Shown here: one piece after another, positions 1-14,313 of the stretch
Position numbering within the stretch: position 1 is the stretch's first letter
Layout of the letters: each line of letters opens with the position of its first letter
Assembly (NCBI GenBank): GCA_964016885.1
Contig: OZ024752.1
Span: forward strand, 31,124,001 to 31,188,000
DNA length: 64,000 nt
DNA from: Eledone cirrhosa
Taxonomy: Eukaryota
Direction: 5' to 3'
The notes under the pieces: model-generated
Database searches by the model: none
What the model saw: only the letters and a program-made list of their open reading frames with translations
Told to the model about the DNA's origin: nothing
Translations under genes and position numbers: made by a program

Positions 1-296
1 TAAAATAGTTAAGATATAAAACATAATATCCAAGTCTGTCAAACGAAGGGAATTGAACGAGAGATGCAAACATGCGTAAACATTTAAATCAAAACATGGA
101 AATCTAAAAATGGTTTCTTGTTTGATGGTGTTGATAACACATACATACACACACACATATATATATATATTATATATATATTTAAAGGTTAAACAAGGTT
201 CAATGAATAAATCAAAGAATTAGTTTTACAATAGATTGGAAGCACTCAACAGAAATCTTAACCATCTACTATGTCAGGGTATGTCATGCATCATCT

Positions 297-363
297 TATT
301 TTATCTGATGAGGACGTACTGTTGAAGTTAGCTCAGTACCTCTGAAATATGTATAATAAAATA
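297..363 (+). ncRNA. Type I minimal hammerhead ribozyme (PLE pLTR type)
   Basis: Stem I TATTTTAT (297-304) / ATAAAATA (356-363). CTGATGA at 305-311. Stem II GGACGTACTG / CAGTACCTCT (9 of 10 bp). GAAA at 344-347. Short stem III ATA-tg-TAT, AUA triplet. Confidence 0.75.
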
Positions 364-415
364 TACTTGATCACAAGAAGTTCTATTTTTGTTAATATTT
401 TGAATTAATATATTA

Positions 416-543
<128 letters not shown>

Positions 544-661
544 TCTCTGTGTGTATATATTTATATATAGGTGAAATTCCTCATGTGTATTGGGAGGTGA
601 CCACAGTTAAAAAAAGGTATTCGATACTTTAGTAGAGTAATTGCATCTTTATTATGTTATA

Positions 662-790
662 GTGTGGTAAGATTCCAGGTGGACCATAACGCACCAGAGT
701 ACTCGATACTTAGGGTAGTAGAGTGGATAATAGGAAAAGAGTCAGGACCCCGACGGCTGAGCTCCGGCCGTTTCGACAGCTAGATCCGAA
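662..790 (-). mobile_element. Family P1 cassette (other copies at 3228-3364, 37335-37481, 43679-43830; related 6045-6170, 21515-21625)
   Basis: Shared GGACCATAACGCACCAGAGTACTC(G/A)ATACTTAGGGTAGTAGAGTGG. The minus strand has GAAACGGC..GCCGTC at 752-774. Confidence 0.75.
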
Positions 791-3363
791 CGCCCCCCCC
801 CCCTCTCTCTCTCTGTATATATATATAGTGTGTATGTGAGTCTTTCTCCTTTGAATAGAATAACCTACATTTTACAGCTTTCCGGTAACACTATAATTAT
901 ATAAATATATGTATATATAATACCACATTTCGTTTATTTTATTTATACATGTATATGTATATATATGACTATCAGTTTATTAATGAGTGTTTTTTTTAAT
1001 CTCAACAACAAGTGCCAGTTCGTGCTACCAATAAATATTCGTTTCCATGGTTTGTAAACAAGCCCCCCCACACACACACTCTATAAAACAAGACATTTTA
1101 ATAAATACTAGCAAAGATAGAAAGAAAATAATTACTATTTTGGTTTTATTTTAACTACAAGCTTTTTGATTGAAATGCCCTTTAATTCTCGTATTTTTAA
1201 TTATTTTAATTTTTATTTTATGTCTAAATGTAGGATTCCCAGCCATTCACTTAAAAACTAAATGTCAGTGTTGTTGATCTTGTAACAAGTTTCTTGTTTA
1301 ACCCCAGGTCAGTTCTGATCGAGCAAACCCACGATCAAAGACATTCCAACCATGAACATCCCTGTACTTTTAGAGAGATATCTAAATATATATTGTTTCT
1401 TCTAGGTGTCTTATTTGTTTAGGACGATAGTAGTAGTGGTGGTGTGTGATTTAAGGGTGATTTGGTTTCTATATCAAACAAACCAAAGAGACCCCCACAG
1501 AGCCTCCTTCACTGGTTCGTAAATGTCAGTTTTACCATACTGTGTATTTTCCTGTGATTCTTCTTGCTAGTTATTTTTTTAGGACTCTCACATATGAAAA
1601 CGACCATAATCAGGTTGTTGATGTCTTTATCTATCTAATAAGACCAAGCTGTTGTGATTATTCCATGAGTGACCCTCGGTGGTATCCAGTGCTGGATTTT
1701 GGACAAACGAGGCCCTGTGCTAGTTAAGTTATGCGGCCCCAAACATTGCAAAAATTAATCATAAAAACATTTTTTGGCAGACGGAGCCCTGTGCTGAATC
1801 ACACCTGAGCACAACGGTAAACCCGGCACTGGGGGGTATCCCCCCCACTTTTGTAGAATTTGTTTTATTTTTAAACGTATATTCTTTAGTCTTTTTCATA
1901 AATCTTTCTCTTACACACGCAGCACTCCCCTCCCACACTGTACCGTTTTGTACCATCCTTATTGTCCTCTTAATGTAAAACCCTGTGTGGCTAATAAAGA
2001 AACCATTATTATTGTCGTTATTAGTTCAAATCCCGCTAAGGTTAGCTTTGACTTTCATCCTTACGGGGTCGATGAAATAAAGTACCAGTAATGTACTGGA
2101 CCGATTCAATCGACTTTCCTCCCCTTTCTCAAAATTGTTGGCCTTGTGCCTAAATCAGAAACCCTTATTTTTTTTATGGAATTCAAAAGCTAAAAGAAAA
2201 ATCAGGACATAAGATAAGACCTCAAATTTAAAATCAGTCGATTATACCGACTCCAATACATAACTGGTATTTTATTTTATCGAACCCGGAAGAATTAAAA
2301 GTAAAGTTGACCTTGACAGGAATTGAACTCAGAACGTAAAGGGCCGTAACTAAATACCGGAAGACTTTTCTCTGTCGTCGCTCTACTGATTCTGTGTTGT
2401 GACATACAGATAAGGCACACATTGATTACGTTTTTACGAACATGCGTGTTTCTTAGAAATATGTCGAGTATATTTAGGTATTATTTTAAAATATCACTTG
2501 AAATGTTTAAATTCCTTAGATTTTATTTATTTTCGGAAAAATCTTGTTCATTAAAAAAAATGTATCTAAATTTATTCGTTGCATTATTAACTTATGTATA
2601 AAGTTGAAGATTTCTTGTGAATGAAACAGTTTTAGTCCAGTAGAAGTCATTTCTATAAAATAAAATAAAATAAACCTATATTCTACTAACGTATTGAGTA
2701 CCTTTTTTAAAAAGTAGTCGCCTCCCGATTTAGATCAAGAACCTACAGATAATATTATCATCCTCTTAACTTTGCCTTTCATCCTTACGGGGTCGATAAA
2801 ATAAAGTACCAGTAATGCACTGGGATAATTGCTGGCCTTGTGCCCAAAGTAGAAACAATTATCATCACCGTTTAACGTCTATGCTTGCATGGGTTAGACG
2901 GGTCGCCCACGCCATGAGACAAGTTTGGCCAGCTGGCCATGCCGTATCTTGCTCAGATGGAAATGTATTTTGGGTGGGATATTTTACAGCTGGATGCCCT
3001 TCCTAACACCAACCACGTTTACAGGGTGGAACTGGATGGCACCGCTAAGAGGAGGGTCTAGCCAGTTGGCCACACCGTACCCTGCTCACATCGGAACCAT
3101 AGTTTAGGAGCTGGGTGGTCCCCCAACACTCATAGTTGAGCCCTGGGTTGCACCGTTATGAGGAGGGTCTTGCTAGTTGGCTGCGCCTTACCCTGATCAC
3201 ATGGGAACCAATATATATATATATGTGTAAACGAAAGAGGTGTGGTAAGGAACCAGATGGACCATGACGCACCAGAGTACTCAATACTTAGGGTAGTAGA
3301 GTGGGTAATAGGAAAATGTCTAACGCCGATGGCAGAGCTCTGCTGTCGGGGTTAAACATTTTC

Positions 3364-3397
<34 letters not shown>

Positions 3398-3442
3398 ATA
3401 AGTTAGACATGGCCTGGGCCAATACTGGCCGAAACCTATCAG

Positions 3443-3489
<47 letters not shown>

Positions 3490-3990
3490 CATGTATGTAT
3501 GTATATATATTCAATTTAATTTATTAAAATTATGAGAATCGTATATAAAAAAAAAAAAAAAAATGATTAAATTTTATTAGTTGAACTTCTCAAATGAAAT
3601 CTAATTTAATGCTTTAAACTTTTGTTAAACTTGCTACTACTTACTATTGTAAGTTTCTGAGTAGAATTATAAATTCCAACATCCACCATCAAGATATGTT
3701 ATGACTCAGTGAATAATTTTTTCTCTTTCTCTCCTCGATCCGTTTAGCCTTGACACGGGGATTGCTCTATATCTATCTATCTAAAAGTTTCAAAAGTAAT
3801 CGTTATTTGTAATTAAATAATTTAATTGCTTCATTAAACCTTTTCCAGACTTTTCTAGGAAGTCTCAGACTCTTGTCTCCAACTTATTTTACTCATAACA
3901 TATTCACATACCCACTTCTCTTATGAAATGGGTGTTTTCTTTTAATTGTGTATGTGTTTGTGTGTGTGAGTGCGCGTGTATGTGACGAGT

Positions 3991-4032
<42 letters not shown>

Positions 4033-4433
4033 ACTCGTCATATATATAATTTACTCATATATATATAGTTTTGTAGATAACTGCTGAGATTTGTAAGTTT
4101 TAACTATCAGACTTTCTAACAAACGGGTTTGGGATGTAGGGAGGTCAGAGTTGTTTTTTGACAGCTTAGAAAAGGTCAACCTATATAATTGTGTGAGATT
4201 TATTGTAGAGAAGGTTTTGCTTTCAAACACAGGATATTGGTCGGTTTCTATATGTAGTGTATATATGGTATATAGCTATCTCGGTCGGATAGCCCATTGG
4301 ATAATTATAATTTAGATATAAGCACGGTTAGATAGGGAATGTGTTGTTGTTGGGTTTTTTTAATCGACAATTTCTCTATGATGTGTTGATCGAACTTGCT
4401 TTCTTTTAAATTATTCAGTCAGATAAGGGTTAA

Positions 4434-4627
4434 CCCTTTAGCATTTACATTACTCTATATATATTTGTATTTTCACAGTAAACACTTTATCTCACATAAT
4501 ATCGAATCTATGAGATTCTGATATTATTTATTTTGAGACCAATACCTTAATCAGTATGAGCAGCCAGTTACGGTCGGTTTGTACAGCAAGAGGTGAGAGA
4601 ATTCTGGCCGGTTTAAATGCGAAAGGG
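4434..4627. mobile_element. piggyBac-type MITE
   Basis: TTAA|CCCTTTAGCATTTA ... TAAATGCGAAAGGG|TTAA. Confidence 0.85.
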
Positions 4628-4961
4628 TTAAGTAAGACTTCTTGACCCTTGCAGTCCGCTGCTCCATACTGGTGATATTAAGGTGGTTAATGGTCAGTTT
4701 GAACATATTATTGATTGATTACCTGTCGTAGACACGTGGTCAATAAAACAATTCGGTATATTGTATTCTTTGGGCCCGTAATAGTTGAATAAAGTGGCAA
4801 GACCGGACATTCACCTATTGAAACTCTTCCCTAAAAAAAATTCGGATAAAAACTAATTAGATATAAGGCCTCTGAAAGTGTGTGACCCTAAGTTATAGAT
4901 TATTTAGCTTATAGGTATGTCCAGCACTTGTAAGGTGTTTAGTACAAGGGTTAGGGTAGAG

Positions 4962-5106
4962 CAATGGTTACCAAAGTGGGTTCAGTGGAAAAAGGTAGAG
5001 GAGTATATTTATATTATGACCACATAACAGTATTAAACTTAGGGGTTCCCTCAAAAGTTTCTGAACCAAAAAGGATCCCGCGTTTGAAAAAGTTTGGGAA
5101 ACTCTG
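4962..5106. mobile_element. hAT-type MITE
   Basis: Degenerate CAnnGGTTCCCAAA TIRs. 8-bp TSD GGGTAGAG / AGGTAGAG. Confidence 0.7.
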
Positions 5107-5477
5107 AGGTAGAGGGTTTGAGACGAAGGAGAGAGAAGAAACAGCGTCACTACTAACCGGCACTGATTGTGAACAAATCCCTTGTTAATCTGTCCAATGG
5201 CCGCCTTTTAGATTTGGTTTGGTGTAGGGTGTTTGTATGTATGAGTGCCAGATACATGAGAAATGTTAGCAACACTTGATCTTTGTAGGGTCAGCACTTA
5301 ATCAAGGCTGCGGTATTATCTAACCCCGAACCCCCTACCCCTCCATCCCACACACGCGCGCGCGACGGCTGCAACTCGATTTCGACTAATACAATCGCTT
5401 GATACTTAAGCATCAACATAACATCACGGACGTGGCTTATTAGTTCTGCTAGAGAATTACCTATTGCCAGCAATGCC

Positions 5478-5530
5478 ATGCATCGCAGAAAAATGTCACA
5501 TATCAAGCGATGCCTGTGTTTGAAGCTTTT
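5478..5530 (+). CDS. Possible first coding exon of an unidentified gene (MHRRKMSHIKRCLCLKL..)
   Basis: GCCATG context and GTAAGT donor at 5531. An upstream CpG-rich patch (about 5350-5380) and CCAATGGCCGCC (about 5195). No homology recognised. Confidence 0.2.
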
Positions 5531-5970
5531 GTAAGTGAGGAAAGGCTTTCCACGGGGCCAATCCCACTCTCTGAACATCGAATGGATTTACCCAAAACGA
5601 AGAACTGGTCTGCATCATTGAATACAAACGAAGTCGCAAGTTTTATCTCAGAGGGACCTTCTCCGAGAGAGAGACATCTTAATGAAGACTAGGGGTCTCT
5701 CGCTCCATAGAAAAAGAAAAAATTATTTATTGGATGGTCTTTGAGTCTCCCGAGTTTCTCTGCCCTTTGATGAGTCTTGTTTTTCATCGCTCAGGGTGTC
5801 CAAAATACCCATTAGGGGCTGCCGGTTGAGTCGCCGACGACCTGACCATCTACAGGTTGAACTGGGTTATATGTTACCAGTAGCGCTAAAGAGTGTGTAT
5901 GTATGTATGTATGTATATATACATATATATATATGTATATATATATGTGTATATGTGTATATATATATAT

Positions 5971-6045
<75 letters not shown>

Positions 6046-6171
6046 GGTCAGTCTAGTATGACCATATTCACCCAAGTACTCGCTACTTGGGAAAATAGAG
6101 TCTCTGTAATGTATAGTTAAAAGTTATCCACTCGCCTTTGAAACGGCGTGAGCTCAACCGTCGGGCACTAA

Positions 6172-6207
<36 letters not shown>

Positions 6208-6456
6208 GTGTGTGTATTTAACTGTTTTGCCTGTTAAAAGGTATGACCTCTGAATTCTGTAGAAAAGGTATGACCTCTGAATTCTGAACTCTGTCATTCA
6301 GTCCCACTTCCGCCTTGTTAGAGCAGGCCATTTCCTCGGTTTCTTTTCAAGTACAAGTACCAAGTGATACTTGAGTGGTAGAACTTAATTCACCAGCTAG
6401 TTTAACACCACCACCACTTCTCTCTTGAGTGAGTGCCTTTGTTTGACGTATTTGTC

Positions 6457-6832
6457 TCAGGTCACTGATTTAAGGATGCCGCCTCGGATCACTGATTTAA
6501 GGATGCCGTCTCGGGCCAGCGATTTAAGGATGTCGTCTCGGGCCAGAGATTTAAGGATGCCGCCTCGGGTCACAGATTTAAGGGTGCCGTCTCGGGCCAG
6601 CGATTTAAGGATGCCGTCTCGGGCCAGAGATTTAATGTTGCCGTCTCGGGTCACAGATTTAATGTTGCCGTCTCGGGCCAGCGATTTAAGGATGTCGTCT
6701 CGGGCCAGCGATTTAAGGATGTCGTCTCGGGCCAGAGATTTAAGGATGTCGTCTCGGGCCAGAGATTTAAGGATGCCGTCTCGGGCCAGAGATTTAAGGA
6801 TGCCGTCTCGGGTCACTGATTTGAGGATGTCG
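6457..6832. repeat. 27-bp GC-rich minisatellite, about 14 units
   Basis: Unit GATTTAAGGATGCCGTCTCGGGCCAGA. Confidence 0.95.
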
Positions 6833-7039
6833 ACTTCCCTTCCTTATACCCTCCATTCTCGGAGGACCTTAAAAGGATCACGGACCTTGTCCTTTATCCT
6901 AAGTGATAAAACATTTCAGGATTTCATTATTTCAAGTCTACTTCCCCACCTTTTTATTCAGTAGATTGTTATTTGATATATATATATATATATATGTTTC
7001 TATATGTTTCTATATGTTTCAATGTTTTCTATACCTTTC

Positions 7040-7083
<44 letters not shown>

Positions 7084-7706
7084 AATAACAATCCTACTGA
7101 ATAAAAAGGAGAGGAAGTACACTTGAAATAATTGTTTCTACTTTAGGCACAAGGCCAGCAAATACCCAGTTCATTACTGGTACTTTATTTTATCGACCCC
7201 GTAAGGATGAAAGGCAAAGTCATGAAATCCTGAAATGTTTTATCACTTAGGATAAAGGATATATAGGTTTGTTATGACGGAACTAGCATAGGCATCACGT
7301 ACATACGGCTGTTATTTCTAGCAGGTCAAGCAACATTTTAAAGGCTGTTGGTCTGTGTAGAGGTTTCTTGGTGTGTTTGTTACTGAGTTAGTACATTCTA
7401 CTACATTGAAAGTGGAGGCATTTACGATGGCATATCCTCCATATGGAAGATTGTATAGTATGTTCTGAGCTAATATAACATATAATCTCGTGACATTTCT
7501 CCCTAGTTTTTTTCTTTCATATGTCACAGTTTTGATTACCTGAATTTTGTAAAAAGAAAACGAAAAGCAAAAAAAAAAAAAAAAGGTAAGACAGGAAATA
7601 GTTCATAGAAATCGCGAAATAAGCCAAGAAATATGTGATAAATAGAAATAAAAATGTGGTTGAAGACAGGCAAGCTTATGTATTTAATGAGTGCGTAGAG
7701 TTAGGG

Positions 7707-8338
7707 TATGTGTGTGTGTATGTATGTATGTGTGTATGTATGTGTGTGTGTATGTATGTATGTATGTATGTGTGTATATATATATACACGTGTGTGTATA
7801 TATACATATATATAGACACGTGTGTGTGTATATATATATACACATGTGTATATAATATACACGTGTGTGTATATATACATATATATATACGTGTGTGTAT
7901 ATATACATATGTATATACACGTGTGTATATATATATGTGTGTGTATATATATATATGTGTGTATATATATATACACGTGTGTATGTATATATACACGTGT
8001 GTATATATACACACACACGTGTGTGTGTGTGTATATATATATATACACACGTGTGTGTGTGTATATATATACACACGTGTGTGTGTGTATATATATACAC
8101 ACGTGTGTGTGTGTGTATATATATACACACGTGTGTGTGTGTATATATATATACACACGTGTGTGTGTGTATATATACACACGTGTGTGTGTGTATATAT
8201 ATATACACACGTGTGTGTGTGTATATATATACACGTGTGTGTGTGTATATATATATACACGTGTGTGTGTGTATATATATATACACGTGTGTGTGTGTAT
8301 ATATATATACACGTGTGTGTGTGTATATATATATACAC

Positions 8339-8373
<35 letters not shown>

Positions 8374-8375
8374 CA

Positions 8376-8416
<41 letters not shown>

Positions 8417-8443
8417 GTATGTATGTGTGTATATATATATATT
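7707..8443. repeat. Compound (AC)n-CACGTG-(TG)n-(TA)n array
   Basis: Directly visible in the sequence. Confidence 0.95.
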
Positions 8444-9196
8444 TATTCCTGCAGGATGTCCAAAGTCACCCTCCTCACCAAGAAACCTTGGTGGGGTTGC
8501 CAGTTTAGTCGCCAACGACCCGACCATGGGACAGGTTGTACTGGGATACATGTTACCAGTAGCACCAACTGGTAACCTGACATAAGGCAAAGGAGCTCTT
8601 AAGAGTCAATGGCCATCCAAAATCACCGGGAGAGATGACCTCTTAGCCTTTGTCAAGGCAGAATTCTAGGAGAAGGAAAACTCTGATATAACACCTGCAA
8701 CTCTGATGGTATCCAATGATGTTGACTTGTTCTTCTTTTTGGTAAATATCATCTTGGTTAAGAGAGTGGGACTGGCTTTGTGCAGTGCCTTTGCTCACTA
8801 TAAAAGCTTCACGGCACAGGCATTGCTTTATATCTGGAGATCTCTCTGCACTTGTCGTCACATGGTACCATGGGCCCAGCACTATGTGTCAGTAATTGTC
8901 ACAAGTGTAGTGTTTGTACCAGAGTTTTCAAGTCGCTGGCTGGACTAAAAAGTCACACTCGTTCAGCGCATCGGTAGGGGTTCTCCTACATGGATATAAA
9001 GTAGTGGCCGTACTCGAAAACGAGTTGGCAGCCACCATATATATATATTATGATCTTCCTGCTATTTCAAGCGTTAACCTAATATATTCCTTCCATATAC
9101 TGTTCTGTTATTTCTGTTTACCTTTTATATACATGTGTGTGTGTATATATATATACACTTTTACTCTTTTATTTGTTCCAGCCACTAGGCTGGGGC

Positions 9197-9228
<32 letters not shown>

Positions 9229-9626
9229 ATATATTATATATATATGAGTGTGTTATATATATGTGTGTGTGTATGTATTATATATATATATATATATGAG
9301 TGTATATATATATATGAGTGTGTGGTATATATATATATGAGTGTGTGGCATATATATATGTGTCAGTGTGTGGTATATATATATGTGTCAGTGTGTGGTA
9401 TATATATATATATGTGTGTGTGTGTATTATATATATATGTGTGTGTGTATTATATATATATATGTGTGTGTGTATTATATATATATATGTGTGTGTGTAT
9501 TATATATATATATGTGTGTGTGTATTATATATATATGTGTGTGTATTATATATATGTGTGTGTATTATATATATGTGTGTGTATTATATATATGTGTGTG
9601 TATTATATATATATATGTGTGTGTAT

Positions 9627-9657
<31 letters not shown>

Positions 9658-10438
9658 ATTATATATATATATGTGTGTATTATATATATATATGTGTGTA
9701 TTATATATATGTGTGTATTATATATATATATGTGTGTATTATATATATATATGTGTGTATTATATATATGTGTGTATTATATATATGTGTGTGTATTATA
9801 TATATATATGTGTATTATATATACATATATGTGTATTATATATACATATATGTGTATTATATATATATATATGTGTATTATATATACATATATGTGTATT
9901 ATATATATATATATGTGTATTATATATATATATATGTGTATTATATATATATATATGTGTATTATATATATATGTGTGTATTATATATATATATATGTAT
10001 GTATTATATATATATGTGTGTATTATATATATATGTGTGTGTGTATTATATATATATATATGTGTGTATTATATATATATATGTGTGTGTGTGTATTATA
10101 TATATATGTGTGTGTATTATATATATATGTGTGTGTATTATATATATGTGTGTATTATATATATATGTGTGTATATTATATATATATATGTGTATTATAT
10201 ATATATATGTGTGTGTGTATTATATATATATGTGTATGTGTGTGTGTATTATATATATATATATGTGTGTGTGTGTATTATATATATATATGTGTGTATT
10301 ATATATATATATGTGTGTGTATTATATATATATATATGTGTGTGTGTATTATATATATATATATGTATGTGTGTATTATATATATATATATATATGTATG
10401 TGTGTATTATATATATATATATATATGTATGTGTGTAT

Positions 10439-10471
<33 letters not shown>

Positions 10472-10786
10472 ATTATATATATATATATATGTATGTGTGT
10501 ATTATATATATATATATATGTATGTGTGTATTATATATATATATGTATGTGTGTATTATATATATATATGTATGTGTGTATTATATATATATATATATGT
10601 ATGTGTGTATTATATATATATATGTATGTGTGTATTATATATATATATATATATGTGTATTATATATATATATATATATGTGTATTATATATATATATAT
10701 ATATATATATGTGTATTATATATATATATATATATGTGTATTATATATATATATATATGTGTATTATATATATATATATATATGTG

Positions 10787-10826
<40 letters not shown>

Positions 10827-11980
10827 ATTATATATATATATGTGTATTATATATATATATATGTGTATTATATATATATTTGTGTATTATATATATATAT
10901 ATATGTGTGTATTATATATATGTGTATTATATATATATATGTGTATTATATATATATATATATATGTGTATTATATATATATATATACGTGTATTATATA
11001 TATATATGTGTATTATATATATATATGTGTATTATATATATATATATATATGTGTATTATATATATATATATATATATGTGTATTATATATATATATATA
11101 TATGTGTATTATATATATATATATGTGTATTATATATATATATATGTGTATTATATATATATATATATATGTGTATTATATATATATATATATATGTGTA
11201 TTATATATATATATATATATATATGTGTATTATATATATATATATATATATGTGTATTATATATATATATATATATATGTGTATTATATATATATATATA
11301 TATATATGTGTATTATATATATATATATATATATATGTGTATTATATATATATATATATATATGTGTATTATATATATATATATATATATGTGTATTATA
11401 TATATATATATGTGTATTATATATATATATATGTGTATTATATATATATATATATATATATGTGTATTATATATATATATATATATATATGTGTATTATA
11501 TATATATATATATATATATGTGTATTATATATATATATATATGTGTATTATATATATATATATATATATATGTGTATTATATATATATATATATATATAT
11601 GTGTATTATATATATATATATATATATGTGTATTATATATATATATATATATATGTGTATTATATATATATATATATGTGTATTATATATATATATATAT
11701 GTGTATTATATATATATATGTGTATTATATATATATATATATATATGTGTATTATATATATATATATATGTGTATTATATATATATATATATATATATGT
11801 GTATTATATATATATATATATATGTGTATTATATATATATATATATATATATATGTGTATTATATATATATATATATATGTGTATTATATATATATATAT
11901 ATATATATGTGTAATATATATATATATGTGTATTATATATATATATATGTGTGTGTGTGTATTATATATATGTATATATA
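9197..11980. repeat. 2.8-kb compound microsatellite [TGTGTAT(TA)n]
   Basis: Directly visible in the sequence. Confidence 0.97.
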
Positions 11981-12178
11981 ATTCTGCTACAATTCATAAA
12001 TGTAAAGCCAGGTAATTCTAAAGGATGTCTGGCTAGATATTATGACATAACTAAATATATGATATAATAAACAATATAAGCGAAAACCCTTCTCTAATTC
12101 CCATCAATGAAAATTTAGTGGTTATTCTCTCCTGTTTGTGAAAAACCCTATATAGCTCGCTCGATATGTCTAAATATA

Positions 12179-12852
12179 CAGTTCTCTTCCTGTATTCGCG
12201 GGCGTTACGTCCCTAGAACACCCGCGAATACCGGAGTGTTTGTTGGATATTATTGGCAGTATTGGTAGAGGGTCGGACGCCATGCTTTGACGTATAGAGT
12301 TACGGCCCTTGCCATTCCGAGTTCAAATCCCGCCAAGGTTAACTTTGCCTTTCATCCTTACGGGGTCGATAAAATAAAGTACCAGTAATGCACTGGGGTA
12401 ATTGCTGGCCTTGTGCCTAACGTAGAAACAATTATGTCTAAATATACAGTTCTGCCCCGGTATTCGCGGGGGGTTACGTTCCTAGAACACTCGCGAAGAG
12501 TGCAAACCGCGAATATTGGATGTGGTCCATTAAGTTTTAAGATGCCTATAAACGTCAAAATATAGGCCGGCAAATAACAGTATATTGTTATTTATAATGT
12601 AGCGTTAAAAAGTGTGAAAGAATATATATTTGTTTCTACTTTTGCCACCAGGCCAGCAATTACCCTAGTGTATTACTGGTAGTTTATTTTATCGACCCAG
12701 TAAGGATGAAAGGCAAAATGAAAAAAAGCCATGAAAAAAACCCATAAAAAAATCGCGGAAAATATTTACGATTTCGCGAATATGCGGTGGTTTTCACGAA
12801 CAATTATTAATCAGGTTCTGAGGAAAAACCAGCGATTGCCGGGGCCACACTG
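12179..12852. mobile_element. Tigger/pogo-like MITE interrupted by SINEs
   Basis: TA|CAGT..TATTCGCG left end and ..CACACTG|TA right end. Inverted relatives at about 39600-39700 and 41000-41095. Confidence 0.55.
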
Positions 12853-13127
12853 TAATTTATATTAGCAATGGGAGTGAAACCGTTTTTTCCTCACCCCTCG
12901 ATAGAAATCTAGTTATTGGTTATTTTCCTCCGGTTTGTGAAATAAAAACCTATAGTTCAATAACGCCCTCCCCACCTTTACTATGTAGTAAACAATACGT
13001 TGGATCTAGGTCTGCTTCGATCAGTATTGGTTGGTTGATTGATATTAGATCATCATTCATAAGTGGTGCTAGAGATGTGATTGATTTATTTTTATCTTAA
13101 GTTGGATAAAGGGTACATACGCTACAG

Positions 13128-13932
13128 GTGTTAGCTTTAGTAGTAGTAGTAATAGTAGCTTTAGTAGTAGTGGCTTTAAATGTAGTAGTAGTTATAATAG
13201 TAACTTTTGTAGTAGTAGTAGTAGTAGCTTTAAATGTAGTTGTAGTAGTAGTAGCTTTAAATGTAGTAGTAGCTTTAAATGTAGTAGTAGTAGTAGCTTT
13301 AAATGTAGTAGTAGTAGTAGTAGTAGTAGCTTTAAATGTAGTAGTAGTAGTAGTAGTAGCTTTAAATGTAGTAGTAGTAGTAGTAGCTTTAAATGTAGTA
13401 GTAGTAGTAGTAGCTTTAAATGTAGTAGTAGTAGTAGTAGTAGCTTTAAATGTAGTAGTAGCGGTAGTAGCTTTAAATGTAGTAGTAGTAGTAGTAGTAG
13501 TAGTAGCTTTAAATGTAGTAGTAGTAGTAGCTTTAAATGTAGTAGTAGTAGTAGCTTTAAATGTAGTAGTAGTAGCTTTAAATGTAGTAGTAGTAGTAGT
13601 TTAAATGTAGTAGTAGTAGTAGTAGTAGCTTTAAATGTAGTAGTAGTAGTAGCTTTAAATGTAGTAGTAGTAGCTTTAAATGTAGTAGTAGTAGCTTTAA
13701 ATGTAGTGGTAGTAATAGTAGCTTTAAATGTAGTGGTAGTAATAGTAGCTTTAAATGTAGTGGTAGTAATAGTAGCTTTAAATGTAGTGGTAGTAATAGT
13801 AGCTTTAAATGTAGTAGTAGTAATAGTAGCTTTAAATGTAGTTGTAGTAGAAGTAGGTTTAAATGTAGTAGTAGTAGTAGTAGTAGCTTTAAATGTAGTT
13901 GTAATAATAATAATAGTAGTAGTAGTAGTAGT
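13128..13932. repeat. (GTA)n-GCTTTAAAT compound repeat
   Basis: Directly visible in the sequence. Confidence 0.97.
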
Positions 13933-14092
13933 CAATTTCGTAACAATATTACACAGGTATTACAAATACTGAACAGGTGTGTGGGTTAGTGATACAGTTA
14001 GACGATACTTTTATCATGGTTCTTATACATACCTGTTGGTCGTGTGAACTAAATTTAATACAATCACCTTGCTTAATAACTGTTCTTTTTAA

Positions 14093-14313
14093 CCCTTTAG
14101 CATTCACATTACTCTATATTTATTATTGTATTTTCATGGTAAATACTTTATTCCACAATTACCTCACATAATATACATAATGTACGAGATTTTTACGTTA
14201 TTTATTTTGAGAACAATACCTTAACATAAGTATGAGCAGTCAGTTATGGCTGGTTTGAACAGAAAGAGGTGAGAGAATTCTGGCCGGATATGGCCAGTTT
14301 AAATGCTAAAGGG
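14093..14313. mobile_element. piggyBac-type MITE (inverted partial copy at 14415-14616)
   Basis: TTAA TSD and CCCTTTAGCATT TIRs. Confidence 0.85.

Noticed and set aside
8450-9040. GC-richer segment as a host exon
   Set aside because: Its left part is homologous to 5790-5890, so it is a dispersed repeat. No convincing ORF or splice pair.
8914-12015. Long Y/I/C/V-rich ORFs (also 7635-8590)
   Set aside because: Translated dinucleotide microsatellites.
13128-13972. Poly-Val/Thr ORFs (also 58748-59899) as membrane or mucin proteins
   Set aside because: Trinucleotide-based repeats with no splice or homology support.
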